Shown here piece after piece: positions 25,556-35,634 of a stretch of DNA of 64,000 nt. The position numbers were made by a program, and so were the translations under genes. How positions within the stretch are numbered: the stretch's first letter is position 1; the number at the start of each line of letters is the position of its first letter. Where the stretch lies: positions 99,235 through 163,234 of the IMG/VR virus record IMGVR_UViG_3300047557_002769; one strand, 5' to 3'. The notes under the pieces are model-generated. The model ran no database searches, was not told the origin of the DNA, and saw only the letters and a list, made by a program, of their open reading frames with translations. This DNA comes from a virus.

Positions 25556-26121
25556 TATAGAGTTTCTCCGCCCACTGTGCGATTGCAAGCGCAAAGCTCT
25601 CCAGTCTGAAGTGCATCTAGAATACGAAGAGTTTCTTCAGGTGAACGACCGACGTTCAGGTTATTAACCGTAACGTGTTGAATGACGTTATCTGGATCAA
25701 CAATGAATGTTGCACGAAGAGCAGCACCAGCTGGAGCGTAGAACACTCCAAGTTGCTCGATCAGACTCAGGTTCTTGTATTTACCATCTTCAGTATAATG
25801 CCCGCGTTGCGTATCAGCAAACTGAATATGCTTGATATTTTTAAGATCAGAACGAGACACTTGCCAAGAAATCTTACAGAACTCGTTATCAGTAGAACCG
25901 GTCAGCAGAACTGCATCACGATCTTCGAAGTCTTGGAACAGCTTATCGTAAGCAACGATCTCAGTCGGGCAAACGAAAGTAAAGTCTTTCGGGTAATATA
26001 CAATGACTTTCCATTTACCTTCGAAAGACTTCTCGGTAATGTCAAAGAAAGCGTCATTTGGTTGTCCAGGTTTAACACCAGTAACAACAAAAGGTTCAAG
26101 TTTATGGCCAACGGTTTTCAT
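25555..26121 (-). CDS. ahpC: peroxiredoxin AhpC
   Basis: YPKDFTFVCPTE; C-terminal ELCAC. Confidence 0.93.
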   Translation of the reverse strand: MKTVGHKLEPFVVTGVKPGQPNDAFFDITEKSFEGKWKVIVYYPKDFTFVCPTEIVAYDKLFQDFEDRDAVLLTGSTDNEFCKISWQVSRSDLKNIKHIQFADTQRGHYTEDGKYKNLSLIEQLGVFYAPAGAALRATFIVDPDNVIQHVTVNNLNVGRSPEETLRILDALQTGELCACNRTVGGETL

Positions 26122-26226
26122 ATTTTCTCCATTTAAAAAAAGAAAGCAGTACACAACGTACTGCTCGATTATATAATTACTTATTACAATAGTCTATCAA
26201 TTACCCATTGTAATTAACTATTACAG

Positions 26227-26685
26227 TTATAGTGGGATCGGGGGATCAAAGTCTCCTTTTGCTTTAAACACTATTTCTTTACTACCGCTATTAATGTCAA
26301 ATGACATATTCTGGTAGTATGCTTCTACGAGACCTTTACGTGCAAGACTAACTCCAGCGGTAATAAGACGAAGCACACCTACTTTCTTACCCATTTCTTC
26401 TGGAGATTCAGACGTAATGCCTTCTGCTCTGGAAAGGATCTCTGCCAGAAGAAGCAACTCTGAAATTGCATCATCATCGTCGCGCTCACAAAGAGCAGAC
26501 AGCTCCATTAGATCAAAGTCGTTTAGACCTTTAAAGAAATCACCTACAGAGATGTAAGGTGAGTCCATTAGATCAAGTGCCAGGGTGCGAGTTATCTTTG
26601 TAAAAGGCTTATGTGTTGAAACCTTCTGAAGATTAATGATGAAAGAACCATCATCTGGGTAAAGGCTGGAGTAAAGATTATCCAT
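26227..26685 (-). CDS. hypothetical protein
   Basis: 152-aa ORF. Confidence 0.65.
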   Translation of the reverse strand: MDNLYSSLYPDDGSFIINLQKVSTHKPFTKITRTLALDLMDSPYISVGDFFKGLNDFDLMELSALCERDDDDAISELLLLAEILSRAEGITSESPEEMGKKVGVLRLITAGVSLARKGLVEAYYQNMSFDINSGSKEIVFKAKGDFDPPIPL

Positions 26686-26707
26686 TATTGGTCCTCGTAT
26701 TCATATT

Positions 26708-26795
26708 CATTATCTTCAATAAATTCAGGATCGGTGTCGATTACAATGTGACATTATCTTCAATAAATTAAGGATCGGTGTCGATTACAATGTGA
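26708..26795. repeat. 44-bp tandem duplication (1 mismatch)
   Basis: cattatcttcaataaatt(c/a)aggatcggtgtcgattacaatgtga x2. Confidence 0.9.
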
Positions 26796-27148
26796 CCGAT
26801 ATGAATTTTACCGTCTTCGTAATAGCATTCAAAATCTTTGGAAAAGTCAATAATATAACCTCCGTGAATATAATTAACACTATTACTTAGATTTAGGTCT
26901 TCTACTTTAATACATCCGATCAAGCCAGCATCTACACCGTAACCTCTTTCTTGCTCGTCCTCATAGAAGCCATCTCCCCAGCGGGTGTTGTAGCTTACAA
27001 AGCGTCTACCATCTTTAAGGGTAAACTCGCCCTGGTTACAACCGTGATCAGTTCTCCCTTCGAAGAATAGATTACAACACTCATCCCATTCATCATGAAG
27101 GACGTAGCAGAGATCTCCAACGTAATATCTTCCTGCCGGCATAGTCAT
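26768..27148 (-). CDS. conserved phage hypothetical protein
   Basis: YYVGDLCYV, T.WGDG.Y, VDAGLIG motifs. Confidence 0.75.
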   Translation of the reverse strand: MTMPAGRYYVGDLCYVLHDEWDECCNLFFEGRTDHGCNQGEFTLKDGRRFVSYNTRWGDGFYEDEQERGYGVDAGLIGCIKVEDLNLSNSVNYIHGGYIIDFSKDFECYYEDGKIHIGHIVIDTDP

Positions 27149-27336
27149 TCTGTTACCTCACCTCGAGCAAGACGCTCACTAAATGTTTGCATCCAAGTAA
27201 TAACATACTCTCTTGCCTCGTGACGTTTTACACCGAAATATTCCTCAACATAAGGACCAGCACCAAACATGTTAGTAACACCGCTTGCACGCAGACCATC
27301 GAGATACAGATTAACTTCAGATTGATCAGGTTTCAT
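27145..27336 (-). CDS. small conserved hypothetical protein
   Basis: LRASGVTNMFGA motif. Confidence 0.65.
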   Translation of the reverse strand: MKPDQSEVNLYLDGLRASGVTNMFGAGPYVEEYFGVKRHEAREYVITWMQTFSERLARGEVTE

Positions 27337-27338
27337 GA

Positions 27339-27815
27339 TTAGCTTCCACAGTGGAGATAAAGTTTATTGCCTTCTTGCCTGAACGCTTCAATAAAGATAT
27401 GATGAGTATCACCTGATGCGTTAATAGCTTTCTCAGCTGCTACGTACAAATCCCACCACTTAAGATTACCCCCGGGTAGAGGGATACGAACCTCATTACC
27501 CCACCCAGAGTATACTAGCTCTTCAGCTACAAATCCAGAGAGATCAAAAAGATTCGTTGCATCATATAACGACCAGATAGACTTAAACCCGTTTCGTGAA
27601 CGAATATCTTCGTAATGATCATTTTTCATATCGTTAATGCGATCATACTCATCCATAATAGGTCTGCGAACCTTATTCAACAGATCAAGACTTTTATTGA
27701 GTTCAGTCAAAGCACTTACAGAAAGCATGCTCTCCATTCGCTCCTTAAAGCTACGAAGATAGCAGTAAGAGTTATGCAGATCGGAAAGCTGATCTTTAGT
27801 AATAGTAAAATTCAT
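27339..27815 (-). CDS. hypothetical protein
   Basis: SGD.HHIFIE motif. Confidence 0.7.
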   Translation of the reverse strand: MNFTITKDQLSDLHNSYCYLRSFKERMESMLSVSALTELNKSLDLLNKVRRPIMDEYDRINDMKNDHYEDIRSRNGFKSIWSLYDATNLFDLSGFVAEELVYSGWGNEVRIPLPGGNLKWWDLYVAAEKAINASGDTHHIFIEAFRQEGNKLYLHCGS

Positions 27816-28018
27816 GATATAGTTCGCCTTTCTTCAGCCCTGATAGTATAGTATATAACATAGACTTCGGCAACTGTTACTTTGTAACGACTTGCCAATT
27901 CGGTCATCTCACTATGTAACGTCTCTCTAGTAACCTGATCGAAACGTTTAATAGTTGCTTTTACATCTTCGTGAAGTTCTGAGGTCATACAAGGCTCCGT
28001 TAACAAGATGATTATAGC

Positions 28019-29746
28019 TTAACTCTTTTTCATAATCAACGTACCGTCGATAAAGATTCCATCTAATTCTGTTGTTTTTAATACTTTAAAAGCATCTTTA
28101 ATAGTAGAAACTATAGGTTTACCATCCACATTAAAAGATGTATTAAGAATCATACCTATACCAGTCGCTTTATCTAACTCAGTTAATACATCGTAAATAA
28201 ATTGATTCTGTTCTCGTGTAATAGTCTGTACTCTAGCAGTTCCATCATAGTGCACTACAGGCTTGATTTTATCCTTATATTGTTCTCTAACCTGAGGAGA
28301 AAACGTCATAAATCTAGACTCTCTATCCCAATCAAAATAAAGAGAAACATCTTCCAATCTAACTATAGGGGAAAAAGGACGATACCATTCTCTATGTTTG
28401 ACTTTAGCATTAATAATATCTTTCATATCAGGATGTTTAACAGAGCAAATAATACTTCTGTTACCTAAAGCACGCGGACCTCTTTCACTTCTTCCCTGGC
28501 ATATTCCTAATATCTTTCCCTTAGCAATCAAACTAGCAACATCTTTAGGAGAAGCTTCCGATACATTATAGTTTCCCCCTACCCCATTCTCCTCATATAG
28601 ATAGGTTGCTAGACTATCTCTATCTAAAAGTTCAGGTCCTAGGTACGGGTCGTTGATTACTTTATCTGGCTTAATGTAGTTAAGCATTGCCCCAAAACTT
28701 AGTCCGCAATCTGTAGGATCAGGGGGAACAAATACTTCTCTATCTATTTCTTTTACTAACCTAGTATTAAAAGAAATATTTAAAGCACATCCACCTGAAA
28801 TACAAATAGGTAACTCTGGATACATCTTTATATAAGGAAGCATAAGCTTAATAGCTGCTTCTTCAAATGCAAGCTGAACTGAAGCTGCAAGAGTATATGC
28901 TTCTTCTCCTTCTATTCTTTTTTCAGTGAACGGGTTTTCTAATTCTGAAATAATTTTTATTTTTTTAGAAGCTTGTTTAAAAATACCAGAGTATTCTATC
29001 TTTTTCATAAAGTCTACAAGGAATAAAGGAACCAGCACTTCTACTAGTTCATTATCCGGTACCCCTAATCCAGCATACCCCATTAGCTTACCAGGGTAAG
29101 TAACACTTTGACCATGCACGGTATACTTAATATCTTTAAGTAATCTACCAAATTTGTAATACGTTCTACCTAGCGATGTATCTCCAATTGGTAACCATTG
29201 GATTGGTTTACCTCTTTCGTAAATACCTGCTGTTGTATTACCATCAATTGAACCTCCATCAATAGTAAAAACAAGAGCTTTATCATAAGGAGATTGATAG
29301 AATGCTCCTGCGCCATGGGATAAGTGGTGTGATTCTCTGTACCATTTCTTTGCGTTGAAATATTCGTCTAGCTTTATCTCTACACCTGGTAGCATTAACC
29401 TATCAACAAAAATACCTACCGCAAACTCTTGAGTGTATTTTCTGGATAAATATTTTTGTACTTCTTTAAGCTGTGAACGAACTACCTTTTCATTCCATTC
29501 TGAATATTCTGAAGAGTGTGGTTCTCTCCAAACCTTAATAGAGTAATCTGCGTTTTTTAGATTTATGAACCGTTCTAATTCGAGCACCTCTAAAACATTT
29601 TTACCTTTGGCGACTGTTACTGATGCATTATGCCCTGTGAACGCAATAGCTACAGAATAATCACTATCATTAATTACAGGGTAAACTCTATCACTTAATT
29701 CTAAGTGTAGTTTTTTAAGAGTTGTATATACTCTATAATCAGACAT
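28019..29746 (-). CDS. NodU/CmcH-family carbamoyltransferase
   Basis: HH.SH..GAFYQS, GK.MGYA, SGGCALN, GPRALGNRS, VKHRE..RPF, NTSFN. Confidence 0.92.
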   Translation of the reverse strand: MSDYRVYTTLKKLHLELSDRVYPVINDSDYSVAIAFTGHNASVTVAKGKNVLEVLELERFINLKNADYSIKVWREPHSSEYSEWNEKVVRSQLKEVQKYLSRKYTQEFAVGIFVDRLMLPGVEIKLDEYFNAKKWYRESHHLSHGAGAFYQSPYDKALVFTIDGGSIDGNTTAGIYERGKPIQWLPIGDTSLGRTYYKFGRLLKDIKYTVHGQSVTYPGKLMGYAGLGVPDNELVEVLVPLFLVDFMKKIEYSGIFKQASKKIKIISELENPFTEKRIEGEEAYTLAASVQLAFEEAAIKLMLPYIKMYPELPICISGGCALNISFNTRLVKEIDREVFVPPDPTDCGLSFGAMLNYIKPDKVINDPYLGPELLDRDSLATYLYEENGVGGNYNVSEASPKDVASLIAKGKILGICQGRSERGPRALGNRSIICSVKHPDMKDIINAKVKHREWYRPFSPIVRLEDVSLYFDWDRESRFMTFSPQVREQYKDKIKPVVHYDGTARVQTITREQNQFIYDVLTELDKATGIGMILNTSFNVDGKPIVSTIKDAFKVLKTTELDGIFIDGTLIMKKS

Positions 29747-30305
29747 GTTTAACTTTTACCTTTATCAATTAGATAAAAAAATTGTAATTTCAGACTTACC
29801 TTCTGAAAAGGTTAAATCTAAGTTTGGCTATAAGTTTGAAATTCTTACTTCAGTAAGAGAAAAAGAATCTCTCCCTACCGTTATTGAAAGAATAAAAAGA
29901 CAATACAGTTTATTTAGTATTGAAGAGTATTTCTATAAGAAACGTAAACCAAGATCAGAAGAGTCTAATAAAAAGATATCGCTTGCTAAACTCGGTAAGC
30001 CTAGAGATGAAGCAACAAGGCTTAAAATATCTCGGGCTTTAAAGGGCAGGTCTAATTTCCAAGGTAAGAAGCACCGTGAAGATACTAAAGAAGTAATGGC
30101 TGAAAAGAAACTGGGAAATAAACACACAGAAGGCTATTACTGGGTGCATGACCCTAGAGGAAGTAAAGAAAAAAGAGTCAAAGATAAAAAAGACGCCCCA
30201 GTAGGTTTTTCTCTGGGGCGTGACTATTACTCAACGGAAGCTGGTCTCTATATTATGAACCATGAATTACGATCGAGTGATAGCCAAGAACTTATCGATG
30301 AATGA
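29745..30305 (+). CDS. NUMOD3-repeat protein (homing-endonuclease-like)
   Basis: RSEESNKKIS, RDEATRLKIS, GKKHREDTK repeats. Confidence 0.7.
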   Translation: MFNFYLYQLDKKIVISDLPSEKVKSKFGYKFEILTSVREKESLPTVIERIKRQYSLFSIEEYFYKKRKPRSEESNKKISLAKLGKPRDEATRLKISRALKGRSNFQGKKHREDTKEVMAEKKLGNKHTEGYYWVHDPRGSKEKRVKDKKDAPVGFSLGRDYYSTEAGLYIMNHELRSSDSQELIDE

Positions 30306-30671
30306 CTCAATAACCTGACGTCTATTAGGCCATTTAATAAACTCTTTTGTATCTGCATCTTTAAGAAGGTTAGTAAGAAGAGGCATTACCATAGCTTCTA
30401 CCTTCTTTAACTTCTCCCTTACATCTTTCTCAATTAGTTCTTTATATTCATCAGTATCTAGGGTAGGTGTATTAACCTGTTCTAATCGTTCAAGAATATT
30501 AAGAACTTCTCCTACGTTTCTCTCTAAGCTGTTAATTCTTTCTAGAATAGGACCAGAAATCTCTTCTGTATTGACTTGAGGTGGAGGCGGAGGATTAACA
30601 GCGTCTGGATCACTGACAGCAGTAAATCCAAAGTCAAAGTTACTTACATATTCTTCTGGTATAGTAGACAT
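30267..30671 (-). CDS. conserved T4-like hypothetical protein
   Basis: FDFGFTAV...PLL.NL......I.WPNR. Confidence 0.75.
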   Translation of the reverse strand: MSTIPEEYVSNFDFGFTAVSDPDAVNPPPPPQVNTEEISGPILERINSLERNVGEVLNILERLEQVNTPTLDTDEYKELIEKDVREKLKKVEAMVMPLLTNLLKDADTKEFIKWPNRRQVIESFIDKFLAITRS

Positions 30672-31234
30672 TAACTTGTCTCCATTTGTTTCTGAATATT
30701 CATAAGCTGCGTCTGCACTCCCTTACGAATAATTCTCTTGGTTCTTTTTATCATGCGATTAAAAGCCAGATCCCATTTTAGTTTAGATACTCTATCCTTC
30801 ATAGTAATACCTTGCATGTGATCATACTCATGTAAGAAGATTCTAGCTGAAAGGCCTGTAAATGTCTTTCTAACTATTTCCCCACTAACGTCTTGATATT
30901 CTACCTCGATATTAGCTGGGCGCTTTACCTTAACATAAACACCAGGGAACGATAGACACCCTTCATCAATGGATACTTCTTCTTTAGACATACCAATAAT
31001 TTTAGGATTAAACACCACCAGCCCTACTTCATTAATTCCCATTGCAAAGACCGAAACATTAACTCCAACCTGATTAGCTGATAGACCTACTCCTCCGTAA
31101 TCTCGCATCTTATCCAAAAGAATATTAGCAAACAAAGATGCATCTAGATCACCTTTAAAATCAAAAGGCGATGGAGGTGTTTTAAGGAAAGGGGAATCGT
31201 GTTTGACCAATTTCAATTCAGATTTTTTAATCAT
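30671..31234 (-). CDS. def: peptide deformylase
   Basis: GVGLSANQVG, EGCLS, HEYDH. Confidence 0.93.
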   Translation of the reverse strand: MIKKSELKLVKHDSPFLKTPPSPFDFKGDLDASLFANILLDKMRDYGGVGLSANQVGVNVSVFAMGINEVGLVVFNPKIIGMSKEEVSIDEGCLSFPGVYVKVKRPANIEVEYQDVSGEIVRKTFTGLSARIFLHEYDHMQGITMKDRVSKLKWDLAFNRMIKRTKRIIRKGVQTQLMNIQKQMETS

Positions 31235-32943
31235 TTTGCAATCCTGCTAAAGTTATTATGTTTCTCAAATCGAATTACCGACCTAAACTTATCGAATAGA
31301 GCATCCTTATGACTAATAATAAAAATATTATTATCTTCACCAATAGTATTTAGGATCGTCATCACATAGTCGGTGCCATTTACATCCAAGGAGCCGTCGA
31401 ACACTTCATCTAGTAGTAACAGATTAGTATTTGCAGAGTTTTTCATTCTAGCTATAGAGCGCCAAGCAAACAATAATGCAAGGTCAATCTTAGCCTTTTC
31501 ACCTTCACTAAACGAAGCATAACTAAACTCATCTCTATGTCTGGATTTAATCTTCTCATTGAATGCTTCATCCAGTTCAAATGAGACGAAGAAATCCATC
31601 GCCTGTAAGAACTTATTTACCAGTTTATTAATGACTGGTAAGTATTGCTTGATAATCTTAGTCTTAATGCCGGTATCTTTAAGCAAAATTCCGGCTACAT
31701 CCAGGTAGTGTTTTTCCTCCACAAGCGTGGATTTTTCATTTGATAGACCAACAACCTCTTTTGCAAGGGACTTAAGTTTCGACTTCTCTTCTTCAATATT
31801 TCCTCGTTCAGCACTCTCTGTAGATAACTCCGCGTTGAGTTTTTGTATATACTGCTGACCGGCGATGATACTGGAATTGACTCTGATAATGGTAGATTTG
31901 TGTTCAGATATTTTTGTCTCGATGTTAGCAATCTCATCAAGTCTACTTTCAATTGCCTGGATTTGACCGGATAGCTGCTCAATGGCTTTTTCAATTTCCT
32001 CGATCTTATGACTATGCCCCGATACCGCTGATTGTTTAAGTGATTCGTCCAAATCTTGGTTACACGTTGGACATATGTCATGGTCGTGATAGAACTGTAT
32101 GCTTTCCTCCTGCGTTTTAATTCTTGAGGTAAGCTTCTTAAGGAGAGATGCCATTTCCTGTCGTTTAGTACGCTTTTCATCCGCGTCATGTATAGAGGAT
32201 TGCAGATTATTTGCCTCTTGCTCTTCTCGTTGACAGTCCAGAGATAGTTTTGCAATCTCTGCATTCGTTTCAGATATTCGCTTTTGTACATCATCAACTT
32301 TTTTCTGCTTGTCTTCTTCAAGCGTCTTAATATAGTCTTGTTGAAGTTTTACCTTTTGCTTACCTACTTCTATCTTATTTTCGATTTCAGTAATTTTAGT
32401 CTTTATATCACTATACTTGTCTTTTAAGACATCGTTCATTACCGAGAAGATCTTTATATCAAGTAGGTCCTCAATAACTTCTCTTCGATGTGCAGCCGGT
32501 AGCTGCATGAACGGCGTAAAAGAGGCTGACCCCAGAATAACGATCTGTGTGAAAGATTTATAGTTGAGTTTAAGTACATGTTCTTCTAAGTATTTTTGAT
32601 AGTCCCTGGCCGCAGCATCCTGATTGATAAGATCACCGTTAAGATAGATCTCAAACAGATTAGGTTTAATACCACGTGCAATTCTGTATTCTTTAGTGCC
32701 GATACTAAATTCAACCTCTGCTACTAACCCTTTGCTATTGATACTATTCAACAGCTGAGGTTTATTGATATTACGAAACGGTTTACCAAAGAGGGTAAAA
32801 CATAGCGCATCTAGAATGGTACTTTTACCAGCACCATTCTCACCAACAATTAACGTAGTAGGGGATTTATTTAGATATACTTCTGTAAAATTAGCACCGG
32901 TGCTTAAGAAGTTTTTCCAGCGAATTACTTTGAATTTGATCAT
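31231..32943 (-). CDS. 46: recombination endonuclease subunit gp46 (Rad50/SbcC-like)
   Basis: WKNFLSTG, GENGAGKST, CPTC hook, FSEGEK, LLLDEVFD. Confidence 0.96.
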   Translation of the reverse strand: MIKFKVIRWKNFLSTGANFTEVYLNKSPTTLIVGENGAGKSTILDALCFTLFGKPFRNINKPQLLNSINSKGLVAEVEFSIGTKEYRIARGIKPNLFEIYLNGDLINQDAAARDYQKYLEEHVLKLNYKSFTQIVILGSASFTPFMQLPAAHRREVIEDLLDIKIFSVMNDVLKDKYSDIKTKITEIENKIEVGKQKVKLQQDYIKTLEEDKQKKVDDVQKRISETNAEIAKLSLDCQREEQEANNLQSSIHDADEKRTKRQEMASLLKKLTSRIKTQEESIQFYHDHDICPTCNQDLDESLKQSAVSGHSHKIEEIEKAIEQLSGQIQAIESRLDEIANIETKISEHKSTIIRVNSSIIAGQQYIQKLNAELSTESAERGNIEEEKSKLKSLAKEVVGLSNEKSTLVEEKHYLDVAGILLKDTGIKTKIIKQYLPVINKLVNKFLQAMDFFVSFELDEAFNEKIKSRHRDEFSYASFSEGEKAKIDLALLFAWRSIARMKNSANTNLLLLDEVFDGSLDVNGTDYVMTILNTIGEDNNIFIISHKDALFDKFRSVIRFEKHNNFSRIAK

Positions 32944-33986
32944 GCTTCTTCATAATTCTGAGCTTCCACATACAACGTCTTCATCAACGTCTTAATACGG
33001 TTCTTGTCAGCGTCAGTTTCTAGGTTATCTACATACTGTGATAATAGCGTCAAAGTATCTTCTAAATCCACGTCCTCGGTACCTAAAGCTTCCGCTTCAA
33101 ATTCAGACATGTCTTCGATGATCTTTAACTCTAATGGATTACCTGCTTCTAGCTTCTCAACAAAGCGATCGAACTTATAGTAATCGGTTTTATTTACTAC
33201 TATAAGTTTTATATGCTTGTTACTACTATCCGGAATATTCATTTCCGTAGTGTCGTCGTAGTAGATTTTCGTAAAGATCGTAAACGGATTTTGAATGAAT
33301 TCCAACGACTTCGTACTGGTGTCGAATATATGAAAGCCTCGAGGGTCTTCAAAATCCGCCCAGGTAAGTTCATAAGGATTTCCAAGATAGTTAATGTTAC
33401 CATTACTACTACGGTGGTGAAAATGCCCGCTACAAACAAGATCGAATTTTTTAAAAAGGTCCGGCTTGAAACCTTCATCGTTCTCATGTCCTTTATACAT
33501 CTGAAAGCCAGCGATTTCAAAGTGACCGAAAAGAACCGGTGACTTAGAAAATTCTAACGCCTTCATACATTCGTTATAGTTATCAGTACAAATCCATGGC
33601 ATTAAGAGGATAGAAAGGCCATCAATGTTATAATCCATAGGGCCAGAATAAGCAACAATATTGTCATAATCTTTAAGTAGTAAGCCTGGAGAATTAACAT
33701 TATTGGTATTCTTAAAGAAGGTATCGTGATTACCAACAATCATAACTACTTCAACATTTCGTTTTTTAGCTGCATCAAAGAAATATTCTCTACAACTATT
33801 AAGTGTGTTGAAGTTAATATACTTGCGTCTATCGAAACAATCACCCAGATGGAAGATAGTCTTAATACCTCTTTTATCAATCTCGGGCCAGAAGCTCTCT
33901 TCGTAAAATTTACGGAAGAAGTTATCAAATGGAATAGAATCCGACCGAGCACCAAAATGTGTATCTGTTATTAGAGCAACTTTCAT
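32940..33986 (-). CDS. 47: recombination endonuclease subunit gp47 (Mre11/SbcD-like)
   Basis: DTHFG, GD.FD, GNHD, SGHFH. Confidence 0.96.
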   Translation of the reverse strand: MKVALITDTHFGARSDSIPFDNFFRKFYEESFWPEIDKRGIKTIFHLGDCFDRRKYINFNTLNSCREYFFDAAKKRNVEVVMIVGNHDTFFKNTNNVNSPGLLLKDYDNIVAYSGPMDYNIDGLSILLMPWICTDNYNECMKALEFSKSPVLFGHFEIAGFQMYKGHENDEGFKPDLFKKFDLVCSGHFHHRSSNGNINYLGNPYELTWADFEDPRGFHIFDTSTKSLEFIQNPFTIFTKIYYDDTTEMNIPDSSNKHIKLIVVNKTDYYKFDRFVEKLEAGNPLELKIIEDMSEFEAEALGTEDVDLEDTLTLLSQYVDNLETDADKNRIKTLMKTLYVEAQNYEEA

Positions 33987-35152
33987 ATTAGTTCAGCAAC
34001 CATTTTTCCTGTTACAGCACCTAATGTCCAACCTAGATGCCCATGCCCACCGTTGTAAAAGACATTATCGTTTACTTTTGACTTTTGTACAATAGGCATC
34101 ATATTAGAATTCATAGGACGTAAACATGCCCAAGAGCTATAGTCTTCTGTTGAAACATCTTCGAAGTTCTCTTGTACCCAATTAAGCAAAGGCTTAATGC
34201 GATCTCGTCTTATATCAAAATTAACGTCATCAAGTTCAGCTGTTCCTGCTACTCTTAGCCTATTGCCCATTCTAGATGCTACAATCTTTTTATTATTGTC
34301 AAGCAATGAGACCCAGGGAGCCGACATTATGCTCTTTTCGCTATTTAAGTTTACAGTAATAGAGTAACCTTTAACTGGGTAAATATTAAAAGAGTCACCT
34401 ATTTCTTTAGCATGATTTTGCATTTCGTAACCAGTAGCAATAACTGTAGGGTAGATAATATCATTAACGTTAAAAGTTTCATTAAAGTTAAATACTACTC
34501 CCTTTGTTACTAGAATCTTTTTAATAAGATTGCAGTATTTGTGTATATCTCCTGACCAGCCACTTCTAATATAAGTCCCACCAACAATATTTTTAAAACT
34601 CTTTAAAGCAGGTTCAATTTCTAATACTCTATCCGGGCTAATCATTTCCCAATCTAACCCGTAAGCATGGTACAGCTCCATCATACTACATGCATGATAG
34701 TAATCACTTTCATTGGTATGAATATGCATCATACCATTATCAACTTTATTGTAAAGAGATTCTAACCCGTGTTTTTTATCTATTTCGTTATAAAGATTTC
34801 TGCTTTCTATTCCTAGCTTAATAGTCTTAATGGTATTGTCAATATGACTTCCATTAAGTGTATGCCTAAGAAATCCAGCCACCCATTTCATCTTAGCTAA
34901 AGAAGGATAAGGTCTAATTAAGAGAGGTGCGTCTTTCTTAAAAAGCCATTTAGCACCTTTCCAAACGGTAGGCCAATTATTCCAGGTTTCGGAATTACAA
35001 ACAGATATCTGTCCACCGTTAGCATAAGAGCATTGCATTGCAGGATAAGGTTCTCTTTCATATACTGTAACCTTATATCCTTTTTCTACTAGATAATAAG
35101 CTGACATAAGACCAGAAATTCCGGCACCAATGACATCGACTTGTTTTTTCAT
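33983..35152 (-). CDS. dadA: D-amino acid dehydrogenase-like FAD oxidoreductase
   Basis: GAGISG, SYANGGQIS, PVKGYSIT, LRVAGTAE, GHGHLGWT. Confidence 0.88.
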   Translation of the reverse strand: MKKQVDVIGAGISGLMSAYYLVEKGYKVTVYEREPYPAMQCSYANGGQISVCNSETWNNWPTVWKGAKWLFKKDAPLLIRPYPSLAKMKWVAGFLRHTLNGSHIDNTIKTIKLGIESRNLYNEIDKKHGLESLYNKVDNGMMHIHTNESDYYHACSMMELYHAYGLDWEMISPDRVLEIEPALKSFKNIVGGTYIRSGWSGDIHKYCNLIKKILVTKGVVFNFNETFNVNDIIYPTVIATGYEMQNHAKEIGDSFNIYPVKGYSITVNLNSEKSIMSAPWVSLLDNNKKIVASRMGNRLRVAGTAELDDVNFDIRRDRIKPLLNWVQENFEDVSTEDYSSWACLRPMNSNMMPIVQKSKVNDNVFYNGGHGHLGWTLGAVTGKMVAELI

Positions 35153-35634
35153 TCTACGGGGTTTCCTTCGTCGTCAACTTCAATCCAAGTATGATCACCT
35201 AACCATCTTACTCTAGCAACATACTGGTAGGTTTCGGGTACTCCCGTGCACCAGTCACCTGGGCCATTAATTACTAGAATCATTCTATTCTTATCGTTCT
35301 CATATACCAGCCAGTAACATCTTCCATGATAAAGCTGGAAATTATATACTGCGCTGTGTACCTGGTCTGTAATATCTAAACGCCTTTTAATACCTTCGGC
35401 TTGTTTTTGCAGCACGTTAACGAGCTCCATAATTCGATCATACTCTTGCCTGGCATGAAGCCTGGCAACATTAAGCATGATGTCTTTTTGTTTTGTAACT
35501 GGAACAAGATCAAACTTAGGACCTCCTGCCTCAGTAGGGTAAGGTGTTACATTACGATTTACAAACGAGACAAGAGAACCAGCTATGTTTGAATCATAAC
35601 TGGTTCTTCCTTTAGCTGTATTAGATTCTGTCAC
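35149..35634 (-). CDS. hypothetical protein (DUF2452-like)
   Basis: PYPT..G.P.F; W...P...Y...V..LGD.TW. Confidence 0.55.
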   Translation of the reverse strand: MTESNTAKGRTSYDSNIAGSLVSFVNRNVTPYPTEAGGPKFDLVPVTKQKDIMLNVARLHARQEYDRIMELVNVLQKQAEGIKRRLDITDQVHSAVYNFQLYHGRCYWLVYENDKNRMILVINGPGDWCTGVPETYQYVARVRWLGDHTWIEVDDEGNPVE

